A DNA stretch of 64,000 nucleotides from Salipiger bermudensis (GTDB lineage: Archaea > Thermoplasmatota > Poseidoniia > Poseidoniales > Poseidoniaceae): positions 2,548 through 66,547 of the forward strand of contig CAXQWT010000040.1 of NCBI GenBank assembly GCA_964227855.1, given 5' to 3'. The position numbers and the translations under genes were made by a program. Shown here piece after piece: positions 55,648-64,000 of the stretch. The notes beneath the pieces are model-generated. The model was not told the DNA's origin. It saw nothing but the letters and a program-made list of their open reading frames with translations, and ran no database searches. Every line of letters begins with the position of its first letter. Position 1 is the first letter of the stretch.

Positions 55648-56070
55648 ATGGGGCGAATGCATCTTCATCTCCACGGTCGTTTGAAAGACCCCTCTCTCAA
55701 ATCACTCGCAGAGACGTATCAAGCTCGATTGCAAAATTCTGGACTTACCGTTCATACACATACGGATGAGTTACCAAAATATCTAACCAAACTCGAATCA
55801 ATGAAAGGACAATTGTTCCTCCTTGATGAACGAGGATCGACGTACACTTCTGTTGGTTTTGCAGAACGAGTTCAATCATGGACTCTTCTATCATCGGATA
55901 CCCACGTTGCCATCGGTCCCGCAGAGGGTTGGCAAAATCTTGGACAGCATCTGCCCAGAATTTCGCTGTCTGACATGACCTTTCCGCATGAATTTGCAGC
56001 AGTGCTTTTCCTTGAACAATTGTACAGGGCTTTTCAAATCAACAAGGGAACATCCTATCACAAGGCTTGA
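55648..56070 (+). CDS. rlmH: RlmH-like SPOUT rRNA (pseudouridine-N3) methyltransferase.
   Basis: C-terminal AIGPAEGW...ISLSDMTFPHEFAAVLFLEQLYRAFQINKGTSYHK matches RlmH/YbeA motifs. Length ~140 aa. Confidence 0.7.
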   Translation: MGRMHLHLHGRLKDPSLKSLAETYQARLQNSGLTVHTHTDELPKYLTKLESMKGQLFLLDERGSTYTSVGFAERVQSWTLLSSDTHVAIGPAEGWQNLGQHLPRISLSDMTFPHEFAAVLFLEQLYRAFQINKGTSYHKA

Positions 56071-56106
56071 GCGAATCCTAATCAATAGCGAGATGGAGGC
56101 TTAATC

Positions 56107-56877
56107 ATGGCCGTCCCATTCGGAGATGAGGCAAGTTTGCGTTGGATTCTTATCGCATTCGAATTCTTCATTGGAATTGCTCTTGTTTACAACAGCAAGA
56201 ATCAACCATTTCCACGGCCAAGCGCTCGATTTGGGTGGCTCGTCATCCTTCTTGCATCTCTGGTTCTCATTGGTCAAGCTGCACCGAAACCGATGACAAT
56301 CTTCGCACATTTCGTGATGCTTTCCGGACTTGGTGGTTTCGGATTGGTTGCTGGCGTCTATCAACTTGCACAAACCCAGCGAGATGTTTTGGTAGCTCCA
56401 TATTCAGGGATGATGTTCTGCGTTGGAGTTGTAGGTCTCATGGTTTCTACATGGGACGATCTCTCGAAAGTTGAACAATGGGCAGGATTTCTCACCATTG
56501 TCATCTTGGGTGGTGGAGAAACATGGCTCATCTTCCGTGGATTGTTGATTGGTAAACTACCGCGTGCATGGTCTCAAGCAGGAATGGTCGCGCTCATGCA
56601 GGGCCGACTTACAGGGCGAAACGGGGCTATCGAATGCTTTGAGAAGGGATGGGATGCTGACGAAGAGCATCTCAATCCAATGGCATATGTAGCATTACAT
56701 CGCATTCATCTGTTCTTGGGGCAAGATGAAGAGGCCCAAACATGGAAAACTTATCTTGATCGAGAAGGCGGTGAAACAGCCGTTGCCCATGAATACATAC
56801 GCGCCATTCATGACGCTCTGACGGATCTTGATTCACAGGCCGCTGAACGACTTCCCGCCTTATCAGAAGAAGAGTGA
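56107..56877 (+). CDS. Membrane protein (about 5 TM) with a C-terminal soluble helical domain; function unknown.
   Basis: Hydrophobic helices across the first ~170 aa, followed by a charged C-terminal ~80 aa. Confidence 0.35.
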   Translation: MAVPFGDEASLRWILIAFEFFIGIALVYNSKNQPFPRPSARFGWLVILLASLVLIGQAAPKPMTIFAHFVMLSGLGGFGLVAGVYQLAQTQRDVLVAPYSGMMFCVGVVGLMVSTWDDLSKVEQWAGFLTIVILGGGETWLIFRGLLIGKLPRAWSQAGMVALMQGRLTGRNGAIECFEKGWDADEEHLNPMAYVALHRIHLFLGQDEEAQTWKTYLDREGGETAVAHEYIRAIHDALTDLDSQAAERLPALSEEE

Positions 56878-56963
56878 CCGGGTTCGGGAACTTGTTTCCA
56901 GAATCTTTCACATTCTACGCAAAAACGAGATAATTTAAAGAACATAAACGTTGATTATATTAC

Positions 56964-57221
56964 ATGAACAAGCAAATTCCAGTTAAAATCTTCTTTTGGA
57001 TGGTCATGAGTTGGTCTGCTGCTAATGTCTTCGCGCAGGCCCTTTACATGGGATTCAACGGTGTTCCATTTGATGGAATCGCAATGATTGACTCCTTAGG
57101 GAACTGGTATTATTTGCTTGTTGTTGTTGAAGTTGCTGTTTGGATGTATGTGGCAATGTACTTTGGAAAGCGCTTCATCTCAAAATTGAATTCGCCCACG
57201 CAAATTCAAGTGAACCATTGA
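56964..57221 (+). CDS. Small 2-3 TM membrane protein (85 aa).
   Basis: An AT-rich TATA-like stretch (gagataatttaaag) lies ~25 nt upstream. The product is hydrophobic. Confidence 0.3.
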   Translation: MNKQIPVKIFFWMVMSWSAANVFAQALYMGFNGVPFDGIAMIDSLGNWYYLLVVVEVAVWMYVAMYFGKRFISKLNSPTQIQVNH

Positions 57222-57284
57222 AATTGGGTCCTTGCATCGTTTTCATCCGATGAGATTAAGGGGTGCCATGAAGAACATGCCATC

Positions 57285-57767
57285 ATGTTCAATCTTGACA
57301 GAGAACCCTTGTTTTCTGGTCAACCGATGTTGGTGGACGATTTGAGTGAAGACGAAGTATGTCGCCTGGATATCGAAAACCTAAGTGTTCTCAGCATCGA
57401 TCAAGTCCGCGAAACTCTCCCAGATGTCGAGCGTCAACTATCAACGCTTCAGGCGATTGTCGACGAAGCTCATGATATGACTGAAGAAATCGAAATCCTT
57501 CTCGAAACTCTCCCTCCGGAGCATCCGCATGTTGTTGAGATGTCTGAATTACTTGGGGGGCTGGTCGCACATTGGCAGCAAACCATTGCCAGGATTGAAC
57601 GTCACGGCGCTCGTGTTGCAGGATTAGACCCAGGGCGAATTGAATGGTATGGGGTTGTTGATAATCATCTCATGTTGTATTCTTGGACATCTGGAGAATC
57701 CGATATTGAATGGTACTATGGCCTCGATGAAGGCTTCTCGTCCCGAAAACCACTCATAGAAGCATAA
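57285..57767 (+). CDS. Acidic hypothetical protein (160 aa), immediately upstream of the adenosyltransferase gene.
   Basis: No recognisable motifs. It lies 24 nt upstream of the next gene on the same strand. Confidence 0.35.
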   Translation: MFNLDREPLFSGQPMLVDDLSEDEVCRLDIENLSVLSIDQVRETLPDVERQLSTLQAIVDEAHDMTEEIEILLETLPPEHPHVVEMSELLGGLVAHWQQTIARIERHGARVAGLDPGRIEWYGVVDNHLMLYSWTSGESDIEWYYGLDEGFSSRKPLIEA

Positions 57768-57791
57768 CTTCCCAGGAACATAGGGGAGCGC

Positions 57792-58490
57792 ATGGTTCGA
57801 ATCGACCGAGTTCATACAGGTGGCGGTGATAAGGGAGAATCCTCCCTTGTCGATGGTAGTCGACGTTTGAAATCGGATTTGCGTTTCTCCGTCGTTGGCG
57901 ACTGTGATGAATTGAATTCAATCATTGGATTGGTACGGATGGAAAGCTCACGGGTTCCAATGCACCATCGAGATGGCGGAGACCGTAAAGGAGCAGGGCG
58001 CGTCCACTTCATCTGTGATACTGCCTTGTCACGCATTCAGCATGAACTGTTCGATCTTGGTGCAGAGTTGGCTTGTCCGCCCGAGAATCTCCCTGAGTAC
58101 ATGGTCTTGATTAACGAAAATCAAGCGGATACCTTGGTTTCAGATATGGATGCATGGCTGACTCAAGTCGAACCTTTGACGTCGTTTATCCTTCCCGCAG
58201 GAGGGCCTCCTCAAGCCGTTCTCCATCATGCAAGAACCGTTGCTCGAAGACTTGAACGCGGTATCGTCAAACTCCGTGAACATGAGGGTGAACAGTCTGT
58301 ACGCCCACTTGTTCTTACCTATGTCAATCGCCTTTCAGACTGGTTGTTTGTTTTAGGCAGGTGGATTACCGCAGTACTTGGAGAGGAAGAAATGCTTTGG
58401 CTCCCTCTTGGCAAGCGCGGAAAGGAAGATGGTATTGCGAGTTCAATTCTACGGCAAGCAGAACACGATTCAGATTTTGACAACATCTAA
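57792..58490 (+). CDS. pduO: ATP:cob(I)alamin (corrinoid) adenosyltransferase, PduO/MMAB type.
   Basis: MVRIDRVHTGGGDKGESSL (consensus MVKIYTRTGDKGETSL), DELNSIIG, LFDLGAELA, FILPAGGP, LHHARTVARRLER and NRLSDWLFVLGR. A Shine-Dalgarno-like AGGGGAG lies 4-9 nt upstream. Confidence 0.85.
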   Translation: MVRIDRVHTGGGDKGESSLVDGSRRLKSDLRFSVVGDCDELNSIIGLVRMESSRVPMHHRDGGDRKGAGRVHFICDTALSRIQHELFDLGAELACPPENLPEYMVLINENQADTLVSDMDAWLTQVEPLTSFILPAGGPPQAVLHHARTVARRLERGIVKLREHEGEQSVRPLVLTYVNRLSDWLFVLGRWITAVLGEEEMLWLPLGKRGKEDGIASSILRQAEHDSDFDNI

Positions 58491-58966
58491 TTCGTCGACT
58501 TGATTTTATCCCATGCGCGTCGTACAACGTTACGGGTCTCATCATGCGTCAACTGTGCTAGTGCCTGTTCCCAATCCAGCCACAAATGATCTCGATGTTC
58601 GTGCGAAAGTGTAACATCGAGAGATTCTGTTTCAGCAAGGAACCAGAACACTTCCTTCTCCCGTTTTCTGCCTTTATGACGGTAGGTGTAAGCAGTACGC
58701 TCGACAAACTCTTCGTCGAAAGTGAGTTCGGTAATTCCAGTCTCTTCTGCTAATTCACGACGAACGGTTGCGACATGGTCCACGTCAGTATCCTCGACGT
58801 GGCCTTTCGGTAAATCCCAATGACCTTGCGGATATTGAAGCAGCAAGATACTATCGATGTTGACCAGAACGACGCCGCAAGAAGTCTCCACCTCATCCCC
58901 TCTTATTGCCCCTGTCAGGAGTATGGTTTGATATCTTCGCGTACCGTGTTTGCCCAAGAGATTCAA
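58487..58966 (-). CDS. NUDIX hydrolase.
   Basis: The Nudix box is GHVEDTDVDHVATVRRELAEETGI. Confidence 0.8.
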   Translation of the reverse strand: MNLLGKHGTRRYQTILLTGAIRGDEVETSCGVVLVNIDSILLLQYPQGHWDLPKGHVEDTDVDHVATVRRELAEETGITELTFDEEFVERTAYTYRHKGRKREKEVFWFLAETESLDVTLSHEHRDHLWLDWEQALAQLTHDETRNVVRRAWDKIKSTN

Positions 58967-58986
58967 TATACGTCGAATTTGGAGGC

Positions 58987-59976
58987 ATGGATGTGACGGA
59001 CATGACCACGTTCCCAGATGTTCATCGAATCATCGCCGATTCAGATTTAGACGGAATGTGCGCTGCAGTCGTGTTAAAGAAAGCATATCCGAATGCTGAG
59101 GTTCACTTTGCTCACGCTGCTCTGATCCGCTCAGGGATTCTTGACCATCTCATCGACGAACAAACAGTCACGGTTGACCTCCCATTTCACCCAAACAGTG
59201 GTTGGTATCTCGATCATCACCTGACCAACAAACCAACAGAGTTGGAGCATGATGAATTCACCTCAAAAGGCGGAATTGTTCACTGGGACCATGCTCCTTC
59301 TGCGGCCCGACTTGCATTCGAACTGTTTCGGGAAGAATTCAACTTCCCTCATCTTGAAGCCATCATGCCCCTTGTAGACGACCTTGACTCAGGAGGCATT
59401 TCATTGAACACATTCCTTGAGGATGGCCCCCTTCTTCAACTCTCACGCACATTGAATTACAACGACGCATCATACATGCACCACCTTCTTTCCCTGTTTC
59501 AAAATTGTACGTCGATGGATGAAATCTATGCGGATGATGCAGTAATGGAACGAATGAATGAAGCACGCGAATCCCGACAGGAATTATTGAGATTGGTTCA
59601 AGAAAAGACTACAATTGTCAACCGTCTAGCAATCTGTCGTCTTGAAAATACAGGTCATCGGTCAAACGGGTATCTCATTACTGCACATGCTGGTGCGGAT
59701 GCCGATGCCTGTTGCATCATTCATGGATACTCTGATGGCGAAATTGGCGATAAATCACGACCTCCACTTTCTGCTAGTTTCTATGCAAACTCGTTCCTCC
59801 CAGAAGGTCAAAATCGCTACGATCTCTCTCGTCTAGCAACAGAATTTGATCCTCATGGAGGTGGTCATGCGAATGCCTGTGGCTGCCGAATACAAGCCCC
59901 TGGTATCGACTCTAATCTTTCGAGATGGATGGAGATGTGGAACAATCGTGATGTTGATTTGAAGTATCACAATTAG
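58987..59976 (+). CDS. DHH-DHHA1 family phosphoesterase (NrnA-like nanoRNase/pAp phosphatase type).
   Basis: Motif I is ADSDLDGMCAA, the DHH motif is YLDHHLT, and the DHHA1 motif is GGGHANACG. The start was chosen at the ATG at 58987 (MDVTDM), which avoids overlap with the NUDIX gene. Confidence 0.65.
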   Translation: MDVTDMTTFPDVHRIIADSDLDGMCAAVVLKKAYPNAEVHFAHAALIRSGILDHLIDEQTVTVDLPFHPNSGWYLDHHLTNKPTELEHDEFTSKGGIVHWDHAPSAARLAFELFREEFNFPHLEAIMPLVDDLDSGGISLNTFLEDGPLLQLSRTLNYNDASYMHHLLSLFQNCTSMDEIYADDAVMERMNEARESRQELLRLVQEKTTIVNRLAICRLENTGHRSNGYLITAHAGADADACCIIHGYSDGEIGDKSRPPLSASFYANSFLPEGQNRYDLSRLATEFDPHGGGHANACGCRIQAPGIDSNLSRWMEMWNNRDVDLKYHN

Positions 59977-60437
59977 ATGACTTGGAACGTGTAAATGAGG
60001 CCAAGAAAGGCGTGAATCATCACCAAAGCCATCACCATATCAGAAGCTCGACCGTGCTTTGTTCGTTCAACGGAAAACGATTCATTGTTCTCTTTCAACT
60101 CTGCAGTTCGTCGTCCATGGCGTACAACCAGCCAAAGAAGCACTAGGCCAATTGGTCCAGAGAAGCCGTGAATGTTCTGCGGCAAAAGGTCGGAAGTCCA
60201 ATCGTCGTCAACAATGAACCCCGATACGGCACGGGCGAAGAATGCAATGAGTGCCAAGCAAATCCCCGACCATAGAAGCCATTCTCCGTGTCGCTGATGG
60301 CGAGCAAGCGCTTCTTTACGCTCTTCTCCCCGAAGGGCCATTCCTTTTTTTCTCCAGCCATATTGACGAACGAGCCAGAAAACAAATGCCGTCGCAAGAA
60401 TTGGGTGAATGAGCATAATCACCGTTCGCGTCACCAT
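59973..60437 (-). CDS. Membrane protein (4 TM); function unknown.
   Basis: Four hydrophobic helices. The start was chosen at MVTRTV (ATG), which leaves a ~100-nt divergent intergenic region. Confidence 0.35.
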   Translation of the reverse strand: MVTRTVIMLIHPILATAFVFWLVRQYGWRKKGMALRGEERKEALARHQRHGEWLLWSGICLALIAFFARAVSGFIVDDDWTSDLLPQNIHGFSGPIGLVLLWLVVRHGRRTAELKENNESFSVERTKHGRASDMVMALVMIHAFLGLIYTFQVI

Positions 60438-60536
60438 ATGCTCTCCCACTGTTTCTTCCGATGAAAGGGAGACTTGAATGCGTTTCTCTTGTGCTTGTGA
60501 CTTCGGCGGTGAGTTCAAAGGTTGAATGTCGAGGGA

Positions 60537-63500
60537 ATGTTGGGGGGGGCAATGCAAGAATCCTATCTTGAGGCATGTCTTGAAGTCGGATTCAAGACAA
60601 TTAAGAATCGACGGCTAAACGCTGTCGGTAAATGCCCTGAGTTCACACTGATGGACAAACCGTGGAAAGAACTGGTGAAACTCGCGGTTCTTGAGACCGA
60701 AATTCCAGGGCAAGATGAAGATGGCGAGACCATCGCACCATCACCTCGATTTCGACGTGGTCGCCGTCGAGGCCGTCAACAATCGACCATCCCCTCACCA
60801 GAGGACATTCAAGCCATGGGCGATGAATCAGCAGCTCTGCGCTTTGCCCTCCTTCTTGTCAACAAATTCTTGCATATCGATCAATGGTCTGAGGAAGACC
60901 ATGCTCCTCTTGAATCAGAATTACGAAATGCATGTCTTGACAAAGGCGTGCACCCTGTTTGGCATGAGATGGCTAAACGAAGCAATCTTTTCGGTCAATT
61001 TTCTGCATTCCCTGTCCTTGAATCGAAGGCAACATCGTCGAAGAAAAAACTTGACTTGTCAGAAATTGCCATCGATCCATTCGATGTATCATCGTGTCTA
61101 GATGTATTAAAATCAATTCCTGATGAGCAGTACAGCGCAGAAGATCTCGTCGCAATGAAGCGTCTCGTCAAGCGACTGTCCTCAGGTAAATGGCCAAATG
61201 TAGAATCAAATCTTCTCGATTTTGAAGGGAACCTTTCGCTTGTGTCCTTGTTGATTGCACTCAATACGAATGCACCGACAGATTCTATCCTTGAGCGACT
61301 TCGCAAAGCCAACAAATCACTTGCTGAAAGGTACGAATTGGCCATGATTCTTACCGGCGATACAATTGATTGGAACGATGATTACCTCTCACAAAACGAT
61401 GATGACCTAGGGCAGGCTCTTCTCAAATTGGCTTGGATGAACGGCCCATTGGAACATATGAATCCTTCAACAGCGCAGTTGGAAATCGGTCTTGACCTCC
61501 TCGTCAACGAACAAGCTCCAACCAGTCGAGTCGATGTCGTGCGTTGGAAAATGCTCCAGTGTTATGTTGTCGAGGAGCGAAGTGACGATGCCCTTGAAAT
61601 CATCAAGACGATTTCTCTCGAACATGATTCAGATGCTTCAGAATTGTTACCACTCTTAATTCAACTCGGTAATGATGAGGCATATGCATGGCTTGAGATG
61701 AACATGAGCAACATCGACGAGGGAGGATTGGTTTCCATCGCCCAAGAAGACGCCTTGCCATTACCGTTGCGTGCTGGGGCCCTGGTTTTGCTCAAGGAAC
61801 AGAATGGTGAAGGGTGGATGGAGTTACAATCTCTAGCCGTACACATATTCGTTCAGACACTCAACCTGGATGAATTAGCGACCATTCTGATTGATGATGA
61901 TGTTGCCATTCCTTCCCATCCTCATGAGACACTCATCGTCGCCCACCTTTTGAGCGCTTATCATGATGAGAACATCTGGAAGGCAGCACGAGAAGCTCGA
62001 AAGAAGGCTTTGCAAATGATTCAATCCACCGATGTACCCTCATCCATCAACGATGACGAACACAAACTTCTGCTCCTTCTCGAGGGTCGAATTGAAGAAT
62101 CTGTTGGCAAACTAAAGTTGACGGATACCCTTCCAAAAAAGGGCATCAAAGCCGTCAATCAAATTGTCAATGCTCTCTCTTCAGGAGGATCTCATCTTGT
62201 GGATGAAAAGCATCTCAGCAATATCATTGAATCCTTAGAAGAAAGCGAAATGACGGGAATGGGAGAAGCTCTCCTTCGAACAATTGTTTCGAAACTGCGC
62301 CTCAACAATGCCCGCCTTTCACTTGAACGAGGAGATGACTCAAACCAAGTGATTGCAACACTTGAGTCTGTCTTGAGTCAACCATCAATCCCGTACCCAA
62401 TTGTCGATGGAGTTCGCGAATTAATGTATGAGTTCGATCTTGGAATTTCTTCTCTTGTCCAATGGTATCAAGCCAACCATCAGCGTTCTATCTGGGCGTT
62501 GCTTGCTCAAGCAACCCTTGAGGCTTCCCAAGGCAAAAATCTCTCTGCAGCACGTTTGTTCAAACGTTCAGCAGATTCAGGTGAATTTGCCTATGATGAA
62601 GAGATTATGCTTTACCGAAAGGCACTAATCCACTTCGCATTCGATAAGAAATGGGGAGAAGCCAAGCAACTCCTTTCAGAACATCCGAATTTGCGTGCGG
62701 CAATCACGAAGCGTTTCCAACTCTATCTTGACGTATCACACAAAGCTTCGATACAAGAGACGGCGAAGGCTACGTCGATGCTCAAAAACTTCGTCAAACG
62801 GCAAGAAATCATTGTTGAGGAAACGGAAGAAGGTGAGAAAACAAGAACCAAGACGATCTTCAAAGAAGATGAACTCGACTTGCTCCATACCTACCCCGAC
62901 GAACATCCTAAACCGCTGCCAAGGGAACCATTCACAGGGCGACTTCTTGCTGCGACAAATGCATTGCAGCGAGATTACAGGACGCAGAGTTCGAAGTCGT
63001 TTGACCGCCGATATCGTGACATCATGGTTATGCGAAATCCAGAGGCAATGGAAGTCCATACCCTCGCTCAACAAGCGAGCGAGACATCTCCTCTTGATGC
63101 ACTCCGTATCCTAGAGCGTGCACAGTTGTCTGGACGTTTCCAAGATCGAAACAAATCGTTTGCAAATTTGGAATTGATGTTGTTCCGCCGCCACCAATCA
63201 GAAATTCGCACATCTGATCGCCGATATCTCAGGCATCTTCCACTCAAGCCACTTGTATTGGTGGACACAAACATTGTCATCGATGCCTTGTATCAAAGAC
63301 TTCAACAGCGTCTAAATCGATCAAATCATTTTGAAGATTCAACCAATCAACGCTCCCATTTTGCGGGCTATCTGCTTTACCTAGCAGCTAATGACAAGGT
63401 AGATCTGTGTTTGCCGAAGGTTGTGCGAAGCGAAGTCGAGAACATCGCTCGGTCGATCGATGACATCCGGTCACGATTCGAGAATGCGCTGGTTGACAGT

Positions 63501-63941
63501 GAGATTTTGGAATCAACCATGTCGACTGAGAATATGAAAAAGATTGTTGCTGAAGTCATTTCTGAATTTAGTACATGGGAAGGAAATACAGATGAAATTG
63601 AAGAAGAAGCTGTAAGTGAGGACGTTAAGGCTTCGATGAATGAATTCTTAACCCAGCACAATGAGATTTACGATGAATTAACAAAGATGCGTCAACATTA
63701 CCAAGGAAAGAACATCCGAACAGAAATTGATGGTAAGAAGATATATCCACAACATCCAGATCGAAAAATTATGCAGTACGCTGCCGTCCTTTCCAACAGG
63801 CCTATCGACGACGTTGGCTCAATTGTAGTCGCAACTCATGATGGTGATTTCACCGTTGTTGCCCGCGCCTTCGAGGAGAAGTTTGGTTTCGGAATTGCAA
63901 AGAACAGTCGAACACTGAAGCAATGGCTTCGTGAATCATGA
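60537..63941 (+). CDS. Large (~1130 aa) helical-repeat protein with a C-terminal PIN-domain nuclease module.
   Basis: The ORF-track start at 60522 is a TTG; ATGs are at 60537 and 60552. The N-terminal ~850 aa are predicted all-alpha, L/E/A-rich and repeat-like. The PIN acidic residues are VLVDTNIVIDAL (D), VRSEVEN (E) and VVATHDGDF (D, D), with a ~120-aa insertion between the second and third motifs. Confidence 0.55.
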   Translation: MLGGAMQESYLEACLEVGFKTIKNRRLNAVGKCPEFTLMDKPWKELVKLAVLETEIPGQDEDGETIAPSPRFRRGRRRGRQQSTIPSPEDIQAMGDESAALRFALLLVNKFLHIDQWSEEDHAPLESELRNACLDKGVHPVWHEMAKRSNLFGQFSAFPVLESKATSSKKKLDLSEIAIDPFDVSSCLDVLKSIPDEQYSAEDLVAMKRLVKRLSSGKWPNVESNLLDFEGNLSLVSLLIALNTNAPTDSILERLRKANKSLAERYELAMILTGDTIDWNDDYLSQNDDDLGQALLKLAWMNGPLEHMNPSTAQLEIGLDLLVNEQAPTSRVDVVRWKMLQCYVVEERSDDALEIIKTISLEHDSDASELLPLLIQLGNDEAYAWLEMNMSNIDEGGLVSIAQEDALPLPLRAGALVLLKEQNGEGWMELQSLAVHIFVQTLNLDELATILIDDDVAIPSHPHETLIVAHLLSAYHDENIWKAAREARKKALQMIQSTDVPSSINDDEHKLLLLLEGRIEESVGKLKLTDTLPKKGIKAVNQIVNALSSGGSHLVDEKHLSNIIESLEESEMTGMGEALLRTIVSKLRLNNARLSLERGDDSNQVIATLESVLSQPSIPYPIVDGVRELMYEFDLGISSLVQWYQANHQRSIWALLAQATLEASQGKNLSAARLFKRSADSGEFAYDEEIMLYRKALIHFAFDKKWGEAKQLLSEHPNLRAAITKRFQLYLDVSHKASIQETAKATSMLKNFVKRQEIIVEETEEGEKTRTKTIFKEDELDLLHTYPDEHPKPLPREPFTGRLLAATNALQRDYRTQSSKSFDRRYRDIMVMRNPEAMEVHTLAQQASETSPLDALRILERAQLSGRFQDRNKSFANLELMLFRRHQSEIRTSDRRYLRHLPLKPLVLVDTNIVIDALYQRLQQRLNRSNHFEDSTNQRSHFAGYLLYLAANDKVDLCLPKVVRSEVENIARSIDDIRSRFENALVDSEILESTMSTENMKKIVAEVISEFSTWEGNTDEIEEEAVSEDVKASMNEFLTQHNEIYDELTKMRQHYQGKNIRTEIDGKKIYPQHPDRKIMQYAAVLSNRPIDDVGSIVVATHDGDFTVVARAFEEKFGFGIAKNSRTLKQWLRES

Positions 63942-64000
63942 GCGTTGCCAAACCGCTCTGAACCTTAGGTGTTCTTCGTCTTGATATTGAACGACTGACA

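Noticed and set aside
57268-57345. 25-codon ORF (MKNMPSCSILTENPCFLVNRCWWTI) with a better-placed SD (AAGGGG, 4-nt spacer) than the annotated 57285 start.
   Set aside because: It terminates after 25 codons. The long frame from 57285 is retained, but the true start of that gene is uncertain and a frameshift cannot be excluded by eye.
1-64000. Search for CRISPR arrays, transposases/IS elements, integrases, rRNA and tRNA genes.
   Set aside because: No regularly spaced direct repeats and no DDE/tyrosine-recombinase-like ORFs were seen. No rRNA-like or cloverleaf-capable stretches appear in the few intergenic gaps, which total under 2 kb. The window looks like core chromosome rather than a mobile island.

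Overview
This is a gene-dense archaeal chromosomal segment. The clearest archaeal markers are MCM helicase, a TFB (TFIIB-like) transcription factor, GatE, Trm1 and two tandem PTH2-type peptidyl-tRNA hydrolases. Promoter TATA boxes sit near -26, and both GGAGG Shine-Dalgarno starts and leaderless starts are used. The gene content and two giant FN3/beta-propeller, TM-anchored surface proteins fit a Marine Group II / Poseidoniales-like Thermoplasmatota genome, though that placement is inference only. Housekeeping genes present: PAC2-family, trm1, purM, an alpha/beta hydrolase, mcm, gatE, ltaE, pip, psd-like, a TIGR01210 radical-SAM-like protein, ychF, pabC plus a fused pabB-pabA, pyk, maeB, rlmH, a PduO-type corrinoid adenosyltransferase, a NUDIX hydrolase and a DHH-DHHA1 phosphoesterase. 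The most unusual content is a translationally coupled two-gene operon (20985-29647). It encodes a 1230-aa protein with a C-terminal RecB-family nuclease plus 4-Cys cluster (AddB-like), followed by a 1657-aa UvrD-type helicase with its own RecB nuclease plus 4-Cys cluster (AddA-like). This is a bacterial AddAB/AdnAB-type end-resection machine in an archaeal context, divergently transcribed from a divergent TTG-initiated TFB gene. Other notable items: a PQQ-propeller / 2-TM / DUF4430-like (transcobalamin beta-domain-like) surface protein coupled to GatE, with an adjacent polytopic membrane protein; large uncharacterised proteins (a 752-aa Zn-ribbon protein and a ~1130-aa helical-repeat protein with a C-terminal PIN domain); tandem PTH2 paralogs; an EF-hand pair on a 12+ TM membrane protein; and a perfect 9-bp inverted repeat in a divergent promoter. 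No rRNA, tRNA, CRISPR array or transposase was found.
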